The notes beneath the pieces are model-generated. The model had not been told where the DNA came from, did no database searches, and saw only the letters and a list, made by a program, of their open reading frames with translations. The position numbers were made by a program, and so were the translations under genes. 32,000 nt of DNA from positions 1,320,001 to 1,352,000 of the forward strand of contig OY969931.1 of NCBI GenBank assembly GCA_963704705.1. Direction: 5' to 3'. This document shows, in pieces, positions 7,070 to 16,033 of the stretch. This DNA comes from an uncultured bacterium (GTDB lineage Bacteria; Patescibacteriota; Gracilibacteria; UBA1369; PNNO01). Positions within the stretch are counted from its first letter, which is position 1. The number at the start of each line of letters is the position of its first letter.

Positions 7070-8044
7070 ATGAACGAAAATAGCTATTTTAGCGACATCA
7101 CCGAGTTTTTTCTTAAAGCCAAAAAAGCTGAGAATATTGAAGTGAATCCTCATTCTAAGGCTGCAATACGCGAAATGATTTCGTATAAAATCGAGCAGCT
7201 TAAAAAGGTTGCGGATTCCAAACCCGAAGAAAGCTTCTGGTCTAAATGGAAAAAAACTTTAATTGGCGTACCAGCCTCTATTTTAGCTGTATTTGTGATT
7301 GTATTCGCTTTGCAAAACAATCAAATTGCAGTTCCTCAAGAAGATTTTTCACCTACCGGAGGAGGCGATATTGTAAATGAAGCCGACCTTATAAAAACCG
7401 TTGAAGATTCAGCGGTTATTAAAGATATTGAAAAACCCGAAGAAAGAACTGTTAAAGTAGACCCTCTGGTTATTGATTATGGGGATGAGCAAAAAGCCGT
7501 TCCGAGTACCCCAAAAACTTCTAATACAAGCGCAGCATCGGAATCAGCAACTCCGGTTACTGAAAAACCCATGCTCTTGAGTGTACCAACAACTGGCGGT
7601 CCAGTGCCGACTACTACTCAGACACCTGCTCCTCTTCCAACACCGCAGCCTACAACAACTTCTGAACAGCAGCAAACCGCACCAGCGGCAAACGACGGAT
7701 TTACATATATAAATCAAACTATTAACGAGCCAGTAACCACCCAGCCAGTAACTACGCCACAGGAAATCCCAACTGAAAAAGTTAAAAAAATTATAGATAA
7801 CGGTATTATTATTCAATCAGATGAAAACATTACCCAATATAGAGAACCTATTTCCCCTATTACTCCGAATCTTGATAAAACCGCTTTGGAAAAACTCCAA
7901 ATTACTGATAACCTAAGCACTGTCAATGTCCACTATTTAAATGAGGATCAGGCAGCTATCGAGGTAAAAAATCCGGATGGCACAAGATGGTATATGGTAG
8001 AAAAAATGAACGGCAACTGGGCAGTGACACAAAAATTTGATTAA
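7070..8044 (+). CDS. single-pass membrane protein, putative anti-sigma factor
   Basis: It starts 4 nt after the sigma stop. It has one TM (LIGVPASILAVFVIVFAL), then a Pro/Thr/Gln-rich linker and a C-terminal globular part. The function is inferred from position only. Confidence 0.5.
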   Translation: MNENSYFSDITEFFLKAKKAENIEVNPHSKAAIREMISYKIEQLKKVADSKPEESFWSKWKKTLIGVPASILAVFVIVFALQNNQIAVPQEDFSPTGGGDIVNEADLIKTVEDSAVIKDIEKPEERTVKVDPLVIDYGDEQKAVPSTPKTSNTSAASESATPVTEKPMLLSVPTTGGPVPTTTQTPAPLPTPQPTTTSEQQQTAPAANDGFTYINQTINEPVTTQPVTTPQEIPTEKVKKIIDNGIIIQSDENITQYREPISPITPNLDKTALEKLQITDNLSTVNVHYLNEDQAAIEVKNPDGTRWYMVEKMNGNWAVTQKFD

Positions 8045-8059
8045 TCGATTGTTGTCACA

Positions 8060-8680
8060 ATGCAAAAACTGCTGATTGCCACTACAAATCTTGGAAAATT
8101 TTCAGAAATAAAAGAAGTAATCGGAGATCTTAATCTCGATCTTTATCATTTGCATCATGATGAATTCGCTGACATATTGGCCAGCGATCACTTTGAAGAA
8201 AACGGAGAAACATTTGAGGAAAACGCCGAAGCCAAGGCTTCGCATTATCATGAGCTTTTGGGCCTGCCAACCATTGGTGAGGATTCAGGTATAATTGTTG
8301 ATGCTTTGAAGGGCGAACTCGGCGTTAAAACGCGGCGCTGGGGAGCGGGTGCGGATGCAACTGATGAAGAATGGATAGATCATTTTATGAAAGTAATGAA
8401 GGATATACCTGAAGCCGAGCGCGGAGCGCGGTTTGTTTGCTGTGCGGCATTTATTGACGGACCCGGTGAATTGGTTTTATTCAGGGGAGAAACCGAAGGT
8501 GTGATTACCCATGAACTCGAAGCGCCTTTACGGCAGGGAATACCTCTGAGTTCTTGTTTCAGGCCAATCGGCTGCGACAAAGTTTATGCTGCCTTAAGCG
8601 AAACCGAGAAAAATCGTTTAAGTCATAGAGGAAAAGCATTTCATGAACTCCGTAAATATTTGTTGACTTATTTTCAATAA
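8060..8680 (+). CDS. rdgB: non-canonical purine NTP pyrophosphatase (RdgB/HAM1 family)
   Basis: LLIATTNLGKFSEIKEV...GEDSGIIVDALKGELGVKTRRW...FVCCAAF...FRGETEGVI...LSHRGKAF. Confidence 0.85.
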   Translation: MQKLLIATTNLGKFSEIKEVIGDLNLDLYHLHHDEFADILASDHFEENGETFEENAEAKASHYHELLGLPTIGEDSGIIVDALKGELGVKTRRWGAGADATDEEWIDHFMKVMKDIPEAERGARFVCCAAFIDGPGELVLFRGETEGVITHELEAPLRQGIPLSSCFRPIGCDKVYAALSETEKNRLSHRGKAFHELRKYLLTYFQ

Positions 8681-8690
8681 GATATAAAAT
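8663..8690 (+). promoter_or_regulatory. sigma70-like promoter TTGACT-16-TAAAAT
   Basis: TTGACT at 8663-8668 and TAAAAT at 8685-8690, inside the last codons of rdgB and facing the ORF-free GC-enriched segment. Confidence 0.45.
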
Positions 8691-8696
8691 CTCGGC

Positions 8697-8987
8697 GAGC
8701 TTGTGTTGGTTAAGGTGGTTCAAAACACCAAGGTTTTCTTTCGCGGGAAAGCTAAAGGTGTGTCCCCCCGTTTGAACCTTGATCAGCGCAAGCTCCTTAT
8801 GGGAGAGAAAGGCAGCCGGTTTGCGTTTTGGAACGCTTCCTACCTGCCCTTACTCTCCCCCTAAAAACAACCTGCTGTTGAGACCTTAACTGTGTACGCA
8901 GCGGTTCAAATATCGAGAGGCAACTTGATAAGAGCTCGGCTCGGATCCTCAAGATCCACGCTCATTATCACTTGCCTCTCCTTTTTC
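8697..8987 (+). ncRNA. candidate structured RNA A (~290 nt, unclassified)
   Basis: No ORF of 60 aa or more; GC-enriched relative to the backbone. Nested and long-range complements: gagcttg 8697-8703 with caagctc 8789-8795; ggttaaggt 8708-8716 with accttaact 8883-8891; ggttcaaaacacc 8717-8729 with ggtgt 8757-8761 plus tttgaacc 8771-8778; gggagagaaaggcag 8801-8815 with ctgcccttactctccc 8844-8859. It ends in a long terminator hairpin. Confidence 0.4.
8915..8986 (+). terminator. long intrinsic terminator hairpin plus U-tract
   Basis: gagaggcaa 8915-8923 pairs with ttgcctctc 8972-8980. The stem continues inward (gagc/gctc, ggatc/gatcc) and is followed by cTTTTTc at 8981-8987. Confidence 0.6.
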
Positions 8988-9021
8988 AGTTACTTAGTAA
9001 CCCCCTACTTACTAAGTAACT
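8988..9021. repeat. palindromic repeat element (13-bp arms, 8-nt C-rich loop)
   Basis: agttacttagtaa / ccccctac / ttactaagtaact. It has the same TTACTTAGTAA core as the elements at 27403-28004, 29484-29535 and 31161-31194. Confidence 0.85.
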
Positions 9022-9023
9022 AG

Positions 9024-9051
9024 TTGACAAACCTCCGCTTACGTATATAAT
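9024..9051 (+). promoter_or_regulatory. near-consensus promoter TTGACA-16-TATAAT
   Basis: TTGACA at 9024-9029 and TATAAT at 9046-9051. There is no downstream plus-strand ORF. Confidence 0.6.
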
Positions 9052-9057
9052 AACTTC

Positions 9058-9375
9058 CCATTGAGAGAAACTGGTCATGTTGACCTCCTTTAACAGGGTG
9101 TGGCAAATATAATTTTTATTATTATTTGGTTCTCTCGATGGGTTAAAACAAGACACTTTGGCGCTCAGCGTTTAGAGCTTAAGCAGCCAAAGTTAAAAGT
9201 TATGGGAAAGCAGGGAGGGACAGGTTGACCTTACCTCCCCGGGCATGTCTCGCGAAGGTCCCGCCTCCCTTGCTTTCCCGCCTCATCGGAGGAGTTCAGA
9301 ATTAAGCCAAGAAATCGTTCCCTGGAAAGGAATGATGGCTGTCTGGATCAGTAACGTGGTGCTCTACCATGTGAA
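9058..9375 (+). ncRNA. candidate structured RNA B (unclassified; 3' end undefined)
   Basis: cccattgagagaa 9056-9068 pairs with ttctctcgatggg about 9130-9142. actttggc pairs with gccaaagt around 9156-9194. gggaaagcagggaggg pairs with ccctcccttgctttccc (about 9203-9279), with an internal competing cctcccc. No ORF of 60 aa or more and no clear terminator. Confidence 0.3.
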
Positions 9376-9378
9376 CAT

Positions 9379-10530
9379 CTAGGATTCTAACTCCTCCACT
9401 TTTTTATAAACATTATAAGTTGAGTCAGCATAACCCTGCCACGTATATTTTTCCGCTTGTTTTAGACCTTTTGCTAGTATTTTGTCGTATAATTCTTCAT
9501 TTTCAACAAGCTGTGAAATAGTATCTGAAATAGAGTGAGGATCGCGCGGATCAAAATAAAGCGCCGCCTCTCCAAGGGCTTCCGGAAGGCTGGCCGCATC
9601 AGATGAAACAACCGGTGTGCCGCAAGCCATAGCTTCAAGCGGCGGTAATCCAAATCCTTCATATATAGAAGGAAAAACAAAAATATAAGCCATATTATAA
9701 AAAGCCACGAGCTCTTCATCCGGCACGTTCTGAATAATATGCACACTTCCGCTTAAACCTAGATTTTTAATTTGTCTGTTTAATCTGCCCACTCCTCCTT
9801 TTAAGGTTGTGTAGCCAATCAGTAAAAGGTGGATATCCATATATTTTCGTCTGAAAATTTTAAAAGCGCGAAGTAGATTATCAATATTCTTTCTTTTTAA
9901 ATCCAAAGCTCCCACGCATAGTAAATATTTTTTTCCTGGTGTTAAACCGTGCATCAAATAAAAAGAATCCGGAGCGTCGCCGTAAGCTTTAAATTGCTCA
10001 TTTACAGGCGGATAAGCAACTGAAATTTTTTCTTCCGGAATATTTAAATGCTTCATTATATCGGATTTTGTATATTCGGAATTCGCTATAATGTGCGTAG
10101 CTTTTTTCATGCCTTTATACGCCCATTTAATAAACCATCTGAATTTTCGTGAAGATTCGCCTTTAACAACCAAAGGAATCAGATCAAGACAACTCACAAT
10201 GGTTTTTTTAGTTGGCAAATAATTAAGCATAAAAGATTCTTCCGCAAACATTATGTGCTTGATTCTGTTGTGCTTAAACTCTTCTTTATATTTAATTGGA
10301 TGATAAAAATGATTAAGTAAATGCCTCCAAATAGTGTATTTTCGACCCTTTAAAGGGTATAGGTGCACTATTTTAAAACTTACTCTATCATCCAAAATAT
10401 CAAAAAATGGGCCTTCGTAATGACGCTTATAACCTGTCATAGTTTTGTCATCCCCAGTTTCAACAAAGTTTTTTTCGCCTATATAAAGCGTTACCGGTAT
10501 TTTTTTGTTATCGTTCATAGCAAAAAGCAT
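9379..10530 (-). CDS. glycosyltransferase family 4 (GT-B, Glycos_transf_1 type)
   Basis: The C-terminal signature is [37 protein letters not shown]. The start may instead be ATG 10518 (MNDNKK). Confidence 0.85.
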   Translation of the reverse strand: MLFAMNDNKKIPVTLYIGEKNFVETGDDKTMTGYKRHYEGPFFDILDDRVSFKIVHLYPLKGRKYTIWRHLLNHFYHPIKYKEEFKHNRIKHIMFAEESFMLNYLPTKKTIVSCLDLIPLVVKGESSRKFRWFIKWAYKGMKKATHIIANSEYTKSDIMKHLNIPEEKISVAYPPVNEQFKAYGDAPDSFYLMHGLTPGKKYLLCVGALDLKRKNIDNLLRAFKIFRRKYMDIHLLLIGYTTLKGGVGRLNRQIKNLGLSGSVHIIQNVPDEELVAFYNMAYIFVFPSIYEGFGLPPLEAMACGTPVVSSDAASLPEALGEAALYFDPRDPHSISDTISQLVENEELYDKILAKGLKQAEKYTWQGYADSTYNVYKKVEELES

Positions 10531-10596
10531 TATAACTTCTATTGATTCTAATTTGAAGTGTTATTAAAATACTTTTTCGGAAGTTTAAAAAAAAAT

Positions 10597-10848
10597 ATGG
10601 AAAATTTTAATAAAAAAAATCCGGAAAATACAGTCAGTGGAGTTGTTGAGACTAAAGATGAAATTGTCATTAATCGTCTTAAAGAACTAGCGCAACAAAC
10701 TAATGCTCAATCACTTTTTGTATTTAAAATAGCTGAAAAAACAGCAAGATCGCATCATGATATGGAAGTATTTTTAAAATTACGTGATGATTATGCAAAG
10801 CAGCAAGCAGCAAAACGTTCTCGAGCGCTTAGAAAAAGAACGTTCTGA
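10597..10848 (+). CDS. small hypothetical protein (83 aa from ATG 10597)
   Basis: An ORF with an ATG at 10597 and a charged C-terminus. It overlaps the next gene by about 55-65 nt, and I recognise no homology. It may not be real. Confidence 0.3.
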   Translation: MENFNKKNPENTVSGVVETKDEIVINRLKELAQQTNAQSLFVFKIAEKTARSHHDMEVFLKLRDDYAKQQAAKRSRALRKRTF

Positions 10849-11350
10849 AACAAACAATCAGTTTTGGACTATCGATCATGAAACAGGTGAATTTTTGCGA
10901 AATTTAATTATTAAACACAATATAAAAAAAGTTCTCGAAATCGGCACTTCAATTGGATATTCGGGTATTTGGCTTGCTACAGGCCTGCGTGAAACAGGCG
11001 GCAAACTTTATACAGTTGAATCAAAAAAAGAACGCTTTGATATGGCAGCAGCCAATTTTGCCGAAGCTGGTGTTGACGATATTGTTCAGCAAATTTTTGG
11101 ACATGCACCTGATGTAAAAATTCCTGACATGATAGAAATGCTCTTTCTGGATGCAACAAAATTCGAATATAAATATTATCTTTCAACGTATCTTTTCCAT
11201 ATGAAAAAAGGCGGAATTATTGTTGCAGATAACTCAATAAGCCATGCAGAAAAACTCGCGGATTACAAAAAAATGGTAATGGATTCAAGCCAATTCAAAA
11301 CTGAACTTAAGGAAATTGGGACCGGTCTTTTAATATCGGAAATTCTATAA
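10784..11350 (+). CDS. class I SAM-dependent O-methyltransferase (family 3, YrrM/caffeoyl-CoA OMT-like)
   Basis: VLEIGTSIGYSGIWLA is the SAM motif I. The rest reads ...GKLYTVESKKERFDMAAANFAEAGV...LFLDATKFEYKYYL...GGIIVADNSISH. Start candidates are GTG 10784, ATG 10787 and ATG 10793. Confidence 0.8.
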   Translation: MMIMQSSKQQNVLERLEKERSETNNQFWTIDHETGEFLRNLIIKHNIKKVLEIGTSIGYSGIWLATGLRETGGKLYTVESKKERFDMAAANFAEAGVDDIVQQIFGHAPDVKIPDMIEMLFLDATKFEYKYYLSTYLFHMKKGGIIVADNSISHAEKLADYKKMVMDSSQFKTELKEIGTGLLISEIL

Positions 11351-11364
11351 GAAAAAAGCCCCTG

Positions 11365-11397
11365 TGCATATTGCTAGCTTTTTAATAGCAATTTGCA
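11365..11397. terminator. bidirectional hairpin between convergent genes
   Basis: tgcatattgcta / gctttttaa / tagcaatttgca pairs 11 of 12 positions and is preceded by aaaaaagcccc. Confidence 0.45.
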
Positions 11398-11421
11398 TAT
11401 GTCGTTTTCGCGCGCTGCCCG

Positions 11422-12264
11422 CTACTTCTCCAATATCAAATAAAACGCAGAAGCAAGCCTGTGTGCCTCTTTTCGTTTTCTGAAAAAAACATCAAAATAT
11501 TTTATTGGAGCAGTGAAATATGCAAACACAGAGCGCCCGATTCTATATGCTTTCTCTGAATTAAATGAAAATAAAATCGCTAAATATTCCTGTAAAAACC
11601 AAGCCAAAGCGCTTGAGGGCCCAACTGAAATTCCTTCCTCCAATATTCTAAAATCCTTAAAAAACTCGTGCAAACCATTTATTGAAAATCTTTGATAATC
11701 ATCAGGCACAGCATGAAAAGGCTGCATAAAAGGCACTTTCGCATATATCCTGCCGCTGTTCTTAAGCACTCGTTGCAACTCATCGCGCACTTTTGAAGGA
11801 TCTCTTAAATGCTCAAAAACATTTTTAATAATTATGCCGTCCAAACTGCCATCCTTAAAAGGCAATTCGTGGGCATCCGCAACAATATCAATATTAGGAT
11901 AATAAGCTATGTCTAAATTATAAACGCCCGGGATTTTTTTGGATAATGATCCGATATTCACAACAATATCTCCCTCCCCGAAATCTTTCAAAAACTTTTC
12001 AAGCTCAGGTCCTTCGTCATTTGAAGTGCGTAAATTTTGAAAATAAACTGAATGATGTGGTGGCTTGAAAAAGCGAAAAATTCGCTTTAGCAACCCGGTC
12101 TTTCCTTTTTGATGCTGCTTAACCGCTCCAACTTCAATATCATCAATAAAAATCGGCACGTTATCTTGTTCTTTATATTTTTTACCGCATGAAGTGCACG
12201 CCAGCTCATTTAGCTCAGCCTTACACTTCGGGCAAATTAATATTTTAAACAGATGGTTGTTCAT
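11422..12264 (-). CDS. SAM-dependent methyltransferase with an N-terminal Trm112-like zinc ribbon
   Basis: CPKCKAEL...CTSCGKKY is followed by a Methyltransf_11-like core (VNIGS...DIVADAHELPFKDGSLDGIIIKNVFEHL). The likely start is ATG 12264 (MNNHLFK), overlapping the PBP stop by 20 nt. Confidence 0.75.
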   Translation of the reverse strand: MNNHLFKILICPKCKAELNELACTSCGKKYKEQDNVPIFIDDIEVGAVKQHQKGKTGLLKRIFRFFKPPHHSVYFQNLRTSNDEGPELEKFLKDFGEGDIVVNIGSLSKKIPGVYNLDIAYYPNIDIVADAHELPFKDGSLDGIIIKNVFEHLRDPSKVRDELQRVLKNSGRIYAKVPFMQPFHAVPDDYQRFSINGLHEFFKDFRILEEGISVGPSSALAWFLQEYLAILFSFNSEKAYRIGRSVFAYFTAPIKYFDVFFRKRKEAHRLASAFYLILEK

Positions 12265-15091
12265 TTGGCGGTGGTAGCGAATCTTCAACAGGAGGCGTTG
12301 CTGATTCAAAAGGGAGATAATCTTCAGGTATTGTTGTAGGGCCTTCTGTCGGAGTATCTGCAGTTGAATCGCCCTTTATTCTTATTTCAATTGATGATTC
12401 CGCTGTATAACCGCTTATGTCGGTAAGTACCGCTCTTATAGTGTGTGTTGACCCTGGTTCAAGGAATCGTGAAATTCTAAGGCTGCCAGTGTATGGAGCC
12501 GACCTTGAAGTATTCTGCAATGTACCGTCAAGATAATAAGTTACGGAATTTATTTCTAGATCACTTTGAGCTTTAACTGAAACCTGCAAATTTCCGGATT
12601 CCACTTTTGAATAATTTGATGGATCCTGTATTTTAATCGAACGTTTTGCATTTAAGTATTCTTTTGAACATAACGGACTGTAATCTGTTGGAGGAACGCC
12701 AATATTCACGCCTTCATCTTTTGATGCCATAGCCGCTGCCCAAGCCTGCACAGCTGCTTCCCAAACTGCATTTGTAGGATCTATCGAATGATGAACCTGA
12801 TAAGATCTTTCTTCTACTTCTTCTTTAGGACACCATTCATTTGCCAATAATCCGTTACGTTTATCAACATTAACAACTGTATAAGACCTATCAACTTCGG
12901 TTGGAATTCCGAAGCTGGCATAAATTTCGCTTCTTACGCTGCCATCAGGTGTATTTGATCCAGGAAGCTGTCCGTTTGAAGCGCTTACAGTAACTGTTTG
13001 TATGCCCGGAGGTCTTGGGAATTCTTCACGCGCATATCCTTTAACTTCAGCTGCCTTAGTCATAAAATTCTTAAAGATAGGCGCTGCCGCTTCATAACCA
13101 TTTGCAGTTGCTACAAGGTTGCCGCTCTTTCTGTCATCACTGTTACCAGCCCAGACACCTGTTACAATATGCGTTGTGTAACCCATTGTCCACAAGTTAC
13201 TTGGAATATTAATATTATTTACTACTTTGTTTGAAGTACCTGTTTTAGCTGCATTAACCTGACCAGGTACTGTCATCGAAGGTCCAAGTCTTACAGATAA
13301 ATCAGATAAAATATTTGTTATTAAATAAGCTATCTGCGGATCAAGTACTTCTTCATATTCCTGATTATCATCCCATTGCTCCAAAACATCCCCCTGTGCG
13401 TTTGTAATTTTTAAAATACTAACCGGCGGAACTCTTTTTCCTCCATTGGCAAAAGTAGCATATGCGGAAGTATGATCCAAAAGCGTAACTTCAGCTGTAC
13501 CAAGCGCCAAAGGCCATCCGTAATCACGGTCTTTTGTTAAAAAGTGAATACCCATTTTCTCAGCAAGATTCAAAATAGGCTCTTGTCCTCCACCCAAGAA
13601 ATACATCTTAATTGCCGGAATATTTCGAGATTGTGCAAGTGCTCTTCTTATAGTCATAGGCCCCTGAAATGTTCCGTCGTAGTTATCAGGCGGATCACCA
13701 CCACCAAAAGGAGTTCTAACATCATAAACAATATTACCCGGTGAATATCTGTTATAAAAAGCCTGCGCATAAACATAAGGCTTAAACGATGAACCCGGTT
13801 GTCTATATGAAGTTGCGATATTTACATTACCGTCAATGTCTTCATTATAATAATCTGCTGATCCAACCATAGCCAAAATCTGGCCGTTATTAGGGTCGAT
13901 TGAAACTAATGCTGCGTTTGTTGCATTAAATCTCGCATTAGCTGCAGCACCATCTTCAATTGCGGTTTCAGCCAAATTCTGAAGTTCCGGATCTATGGTT
14001 GTATAAACCTGCAAGCCTCCCTGTTCAACAACTTCTTTTCCGTATTTTTCTTCAAGTTGCTCAATCACATAAAACACAAAGTGCGGTGCTTCTATTTTAT
14101 CAACATGCTTTTCCATCTCTAAATTCTGCAATTTTCCCCAGGCCTCATCTTTTTCTTCTTTTGTAATATATCCGTCCTCATACATTTTTCTTAATATCAA
14201 ATCAGCACGACCTGGTATATAAATTCCGTCTCCGTTCGCATACTGATAACCTTTTCCAATTAAACCCATCTTATAATCCACATCTTTTGTTAAATATGAA
14301 GAATCTGTTAGATCCTTGCTTTCAAGAAGTTCAATTGGAACAATCAGTTCTGAATATTTATTTGAACCGTAAGGATTATAATAAGAAGGAGCCTGTGGAA
14401 GCCCTGCCAAAAGCGCACTTTCAGCTATGTCAAGATCCTTGGCGTCTTTATCAAAATAAATTTCAGCTGCTTTTTGTGCACCATACGCATTATTTCCATA
14501 TGGAATTTTATTTAAATAAAGTTCCATAATCGTCTGTTTATCATAAGCCTGTTCAAGCCTTACAGCCAAAATAAGCTCTTTAATTTTTCTTGTATAACTT
14601 CGTTCATTTGTAAGGAACGCGTTTTTAACATATTGCTGCGTAATAGTTGAACCTCCGCGTTGCGCGCCAAACCCAAAAGCTTCATGCAATCCGGCTTTTA
14701 TCAAGCCCGGAATATCAAAACCTTTATGAGTCCAGAACTGATCATCTTCAATTGCAACTGTAGCATCAACCAAATGTTTGGAAATCTGGTCATAAGGAAC
14801 ATATTTTCTGTTTTCATCACCGTGTTTCACATACAAAACATTCCCATCTCTATCGTATATGGTTGTTGACTGCGCTACGCTCAATTTGTCGATATCTCTG
14901 ACATCAGGCAGTCCAACACTTAATATTGCAATTAGTATTGTAAGCACAATTACTCCCGCCAAAAACAGCGTTAAAAATCCGGCCAGAATTAAAATCGCGA
15001 TTTTTTTAGCGGAAAATTTATCTCCCTGTTTAATCTTTAGGAGTGCCTTAATTTTTTGATGGATATTATTCATAAATGTATGGTTTTTCAA
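12245..15091 (-). CDS. class A penicillin-binding protein (PBP1A-type transglycosylase/transpeptidase)
   Basis: It has an N-terminal TM anchor, GT51 motifs (EDDQFWTHKGFD, RGGSTITQQYVKN) and transpeptidase motifs SSFKP and KTGTS. The C-terminus is an Ig-like extension with a Pro-rich tail. Confidence 0.95.
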   Translation of the reverse strand: MKNHTFMNNIHQKIKALLKIKQGDKFSAKKIAILILAGFLTLFLAGVIVLTILIAILSVGLPDVRDIDKLSVAQSTTIYDRDGNVLYVKHGDENRKYVPYDQISKHLVDATVAIEDDQFWTHKGFDIPGLIKAGLHEAFGFGAQRGGSTITQQYVKNAFLTNERSYTRKIKELILAVRLEQAYDKQTIMELYLNKIPYGNNAYGAQKAAEIYFDKDAKDLDIAESALLAGLPQAPSYYNPYGSNKYSELIVPIELLESKDLTDSSYLTKDVDYKMGLIGKGYQYANGDGIYIPGRADLILRKMYEDGYITKEEKDEAWGKLQNLEMEKHVDKIEAPHFVFYVIEQLEEKYGKEVVEQGGLQVYTTIDPELQNLAETAIEDGAAANARFNATNAALVSIDPNNGQILAMVGSADYYNEDIDGNVNIATSYRQPGSSFKPYVYAQAFYNRYSPGNIVYDVRTPFGGGDPPDNYDGTFQGPMTIRRALAQSRNIPAIKMYFLGGGQEPILNLAEKMGIHFLTKDRDYGWPLALGTAEVTLLDHTSAYATFANGGKRVPPVSILKITNAQGDVLEQWDDNQEYEEVLDPQIAYLITNILSDLSVRLGPSMTVPGQVNAAKTGTSNKVVNNINIPSNLWTMGYTTHIVTGVWAGNSDDRKSGNLVATANGYEAAAPIFKNFMTKAAEVKGYAREEFPRPPGIQTVTVSASNGQLPGSNTPDGSVRSEIYASFGIPTEVDRSYTVVNVDKRNGLLANEWCPKEEVEERSYQVHHSIDPTNAVWEAAVQAWAAAMASKDEGVNIGVPPTDYSPLCSKEYLNAKRSIKIQDPSNYSKVESGNLQVSVKAQSDLEINSVTYYLDGTLQNTSRSAPYTGSLRISRFLEPGSTHTIRAVLTDISGYTAESSIEIRIKGDSTADTPTEGPTTIPEDYLPFESATPPVEDSLPPPNEQPSV

Positions 15092-15144
15092 GATAAAAAA
15101 CGGCCTTCAAATTTTATAGGAAAAGGCCTTGAGTAGCAATATTA

Positions 15145-15702
15145 TTAGAACAGAGTAAGTGGTACTGTAAATTCAAAAGCTTCACCGTTTATAGCGCTGC
15201 CTTTAAAGGTAATAAGGGCTGTATTGCCTGCGCCTTCATATTTTGCAGTATTAGTACCGTTTATATAAGGTTCAACAAATCGCAAATCACCATCTCCGGC
15301 TGGAATATCGAGCTCATCTTCGTAAAGAGTCTCCCCGTCTATTCCAATCGCTGTTACAGCAACACCCTGAGCATTTTCGCTTAAAGAATATTGTATATAA
15401 ATTCCAACTGAAGTTTTACCGTCAATAGAGCGAATATTTTGTGTTACTCCAAGTTTAAATGGTCCATAATCATTATTTTGTAATATTTCCGGTACGTCGT
15501 CTATATTCGGCCTGTCTGTTTTGTTATTTTCAGCAGAACACGATGACAAACCCGCAGCACCAATTGCCAATAGTGCTAAAATACGAAATTTGTGCGCAAA
15601 AGAATTCACCTGCGTAATTGCCGGCTTTGCTTGTGTTTCAGGTTCTTTTCGTAGCTCTCGTGTCTCTCGTAATTCTGAATGTGTCATTGGCGTCTCAGCC
15701 AT
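15145..15702 (-). CDS. hypothetical lipoprotein
   Basis: The signal sequence has a lipobox (LALLAIGAAGLSSC). There is no recognisable domain. Confidence 0.6.
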   Translation of the reverse strand: MAETPMTHSELRETRELRKEPETQAKPAITQVNSFAHKFRILALLAIGAAGLSSCSAENNKTDRPNIDDVPEILQNNDYGPFKLGVTQNIRSIDGKTSVGIYIQYSLSENAQGVAVTAIGIDGETLYEDELDIPAGDGDLRFVEPYINGTNTAKYEGAGNTALITFKGSAINGEAFEFTVPLTLF

Positions 15703-15774
15703 GATTTACAAATTACTCGTAAGTACTCATATTGTCTCCAAAAAGCCAAAAAAGTCAAGCGGAAGTGAAGATTA

Positions 15775-15805
15775 CTTACCGAGTAAGGTGGTCTTACCGA
15801 GTAAG
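15775..15805. repeat. 2 direct copies (18-bp period) of the palindrome CTTACCGAGTAAG
   Basis: cttaccgagtaag-gtggt-cttaccgagtaag, directly upstream of a -35 hexamer. Confidence 0.85.
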
Positions 15806-15808
15806 CAC

Positions 15809-15836
15809 TTGCAATTTTTCAAAAAACCAGTATTAT
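15809..15836 (+). promoter_or_regulatory. promoter TTGCAA-16-TATTAT
   Basis: TTGCAA at 15809-15814 and TATTAT at 15831-15836, oriented toward the GC-rich gene at 16034. Confidence 0.45.
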
Positions 15837-16033
15837 AACAACTCTACGAATACAAATCGCGCTCATTTAAATACAGTTTTTTTGCTTATGGCAGCGCTGG
15901 AAAACACTTTGTGAAGGTACCTTTGGGCGAGCATTCCTGGTCCAATCACGCAAATATCACAGGGTGTTATGCTGGCGCTCCAAGCAGTAACGGAGCCTGA
16001 AAGTTCAACATACTCACACGAGGGGGGACGCTT

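Noticed and set aside
8986-9078. A 30-aa minus-strand ORF (MTSFSQWEVIIYVSGGLSTSYLVSRGLLSN) with a perfect SD (aaaGGAGGtcaacATG), lying antisense to the 9024 promoter. This is a type I toxin-antitoxin-like geometry.
   Set aside because: Its last third is encoded by the palindromic repeat element, and the SD-like string is part of a predicted hairpin of RNA B. It is too short to assess. I left it uncalled, but it is worth re-checking if RNA-seq shows a minus-strand transcript.
8697-9375. Attempts to assign RNase P, SRP/4.5S, tmRNA, 6S or tRNA to the ORF-free locus. The cues were aagcagccaaag at about 9180, gaaggtcccgcc at about 9254, ggtagagca on the minus strand at about 9350, and a minus-strand ...ttggctgcttaa 'LAA-stop'.
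   Set aside because: Each cue fails in context:
- There is no GNRA-capped helix 8 with a symmetric loop.
- There is no P4 partner ACAGAA..GGCUUA.
- The in-frame tag would be only 6 codons, with no tRNA-like acceptor or T-arm.
- The anticodon stem cannot form.

The locus needs covariance-model search.
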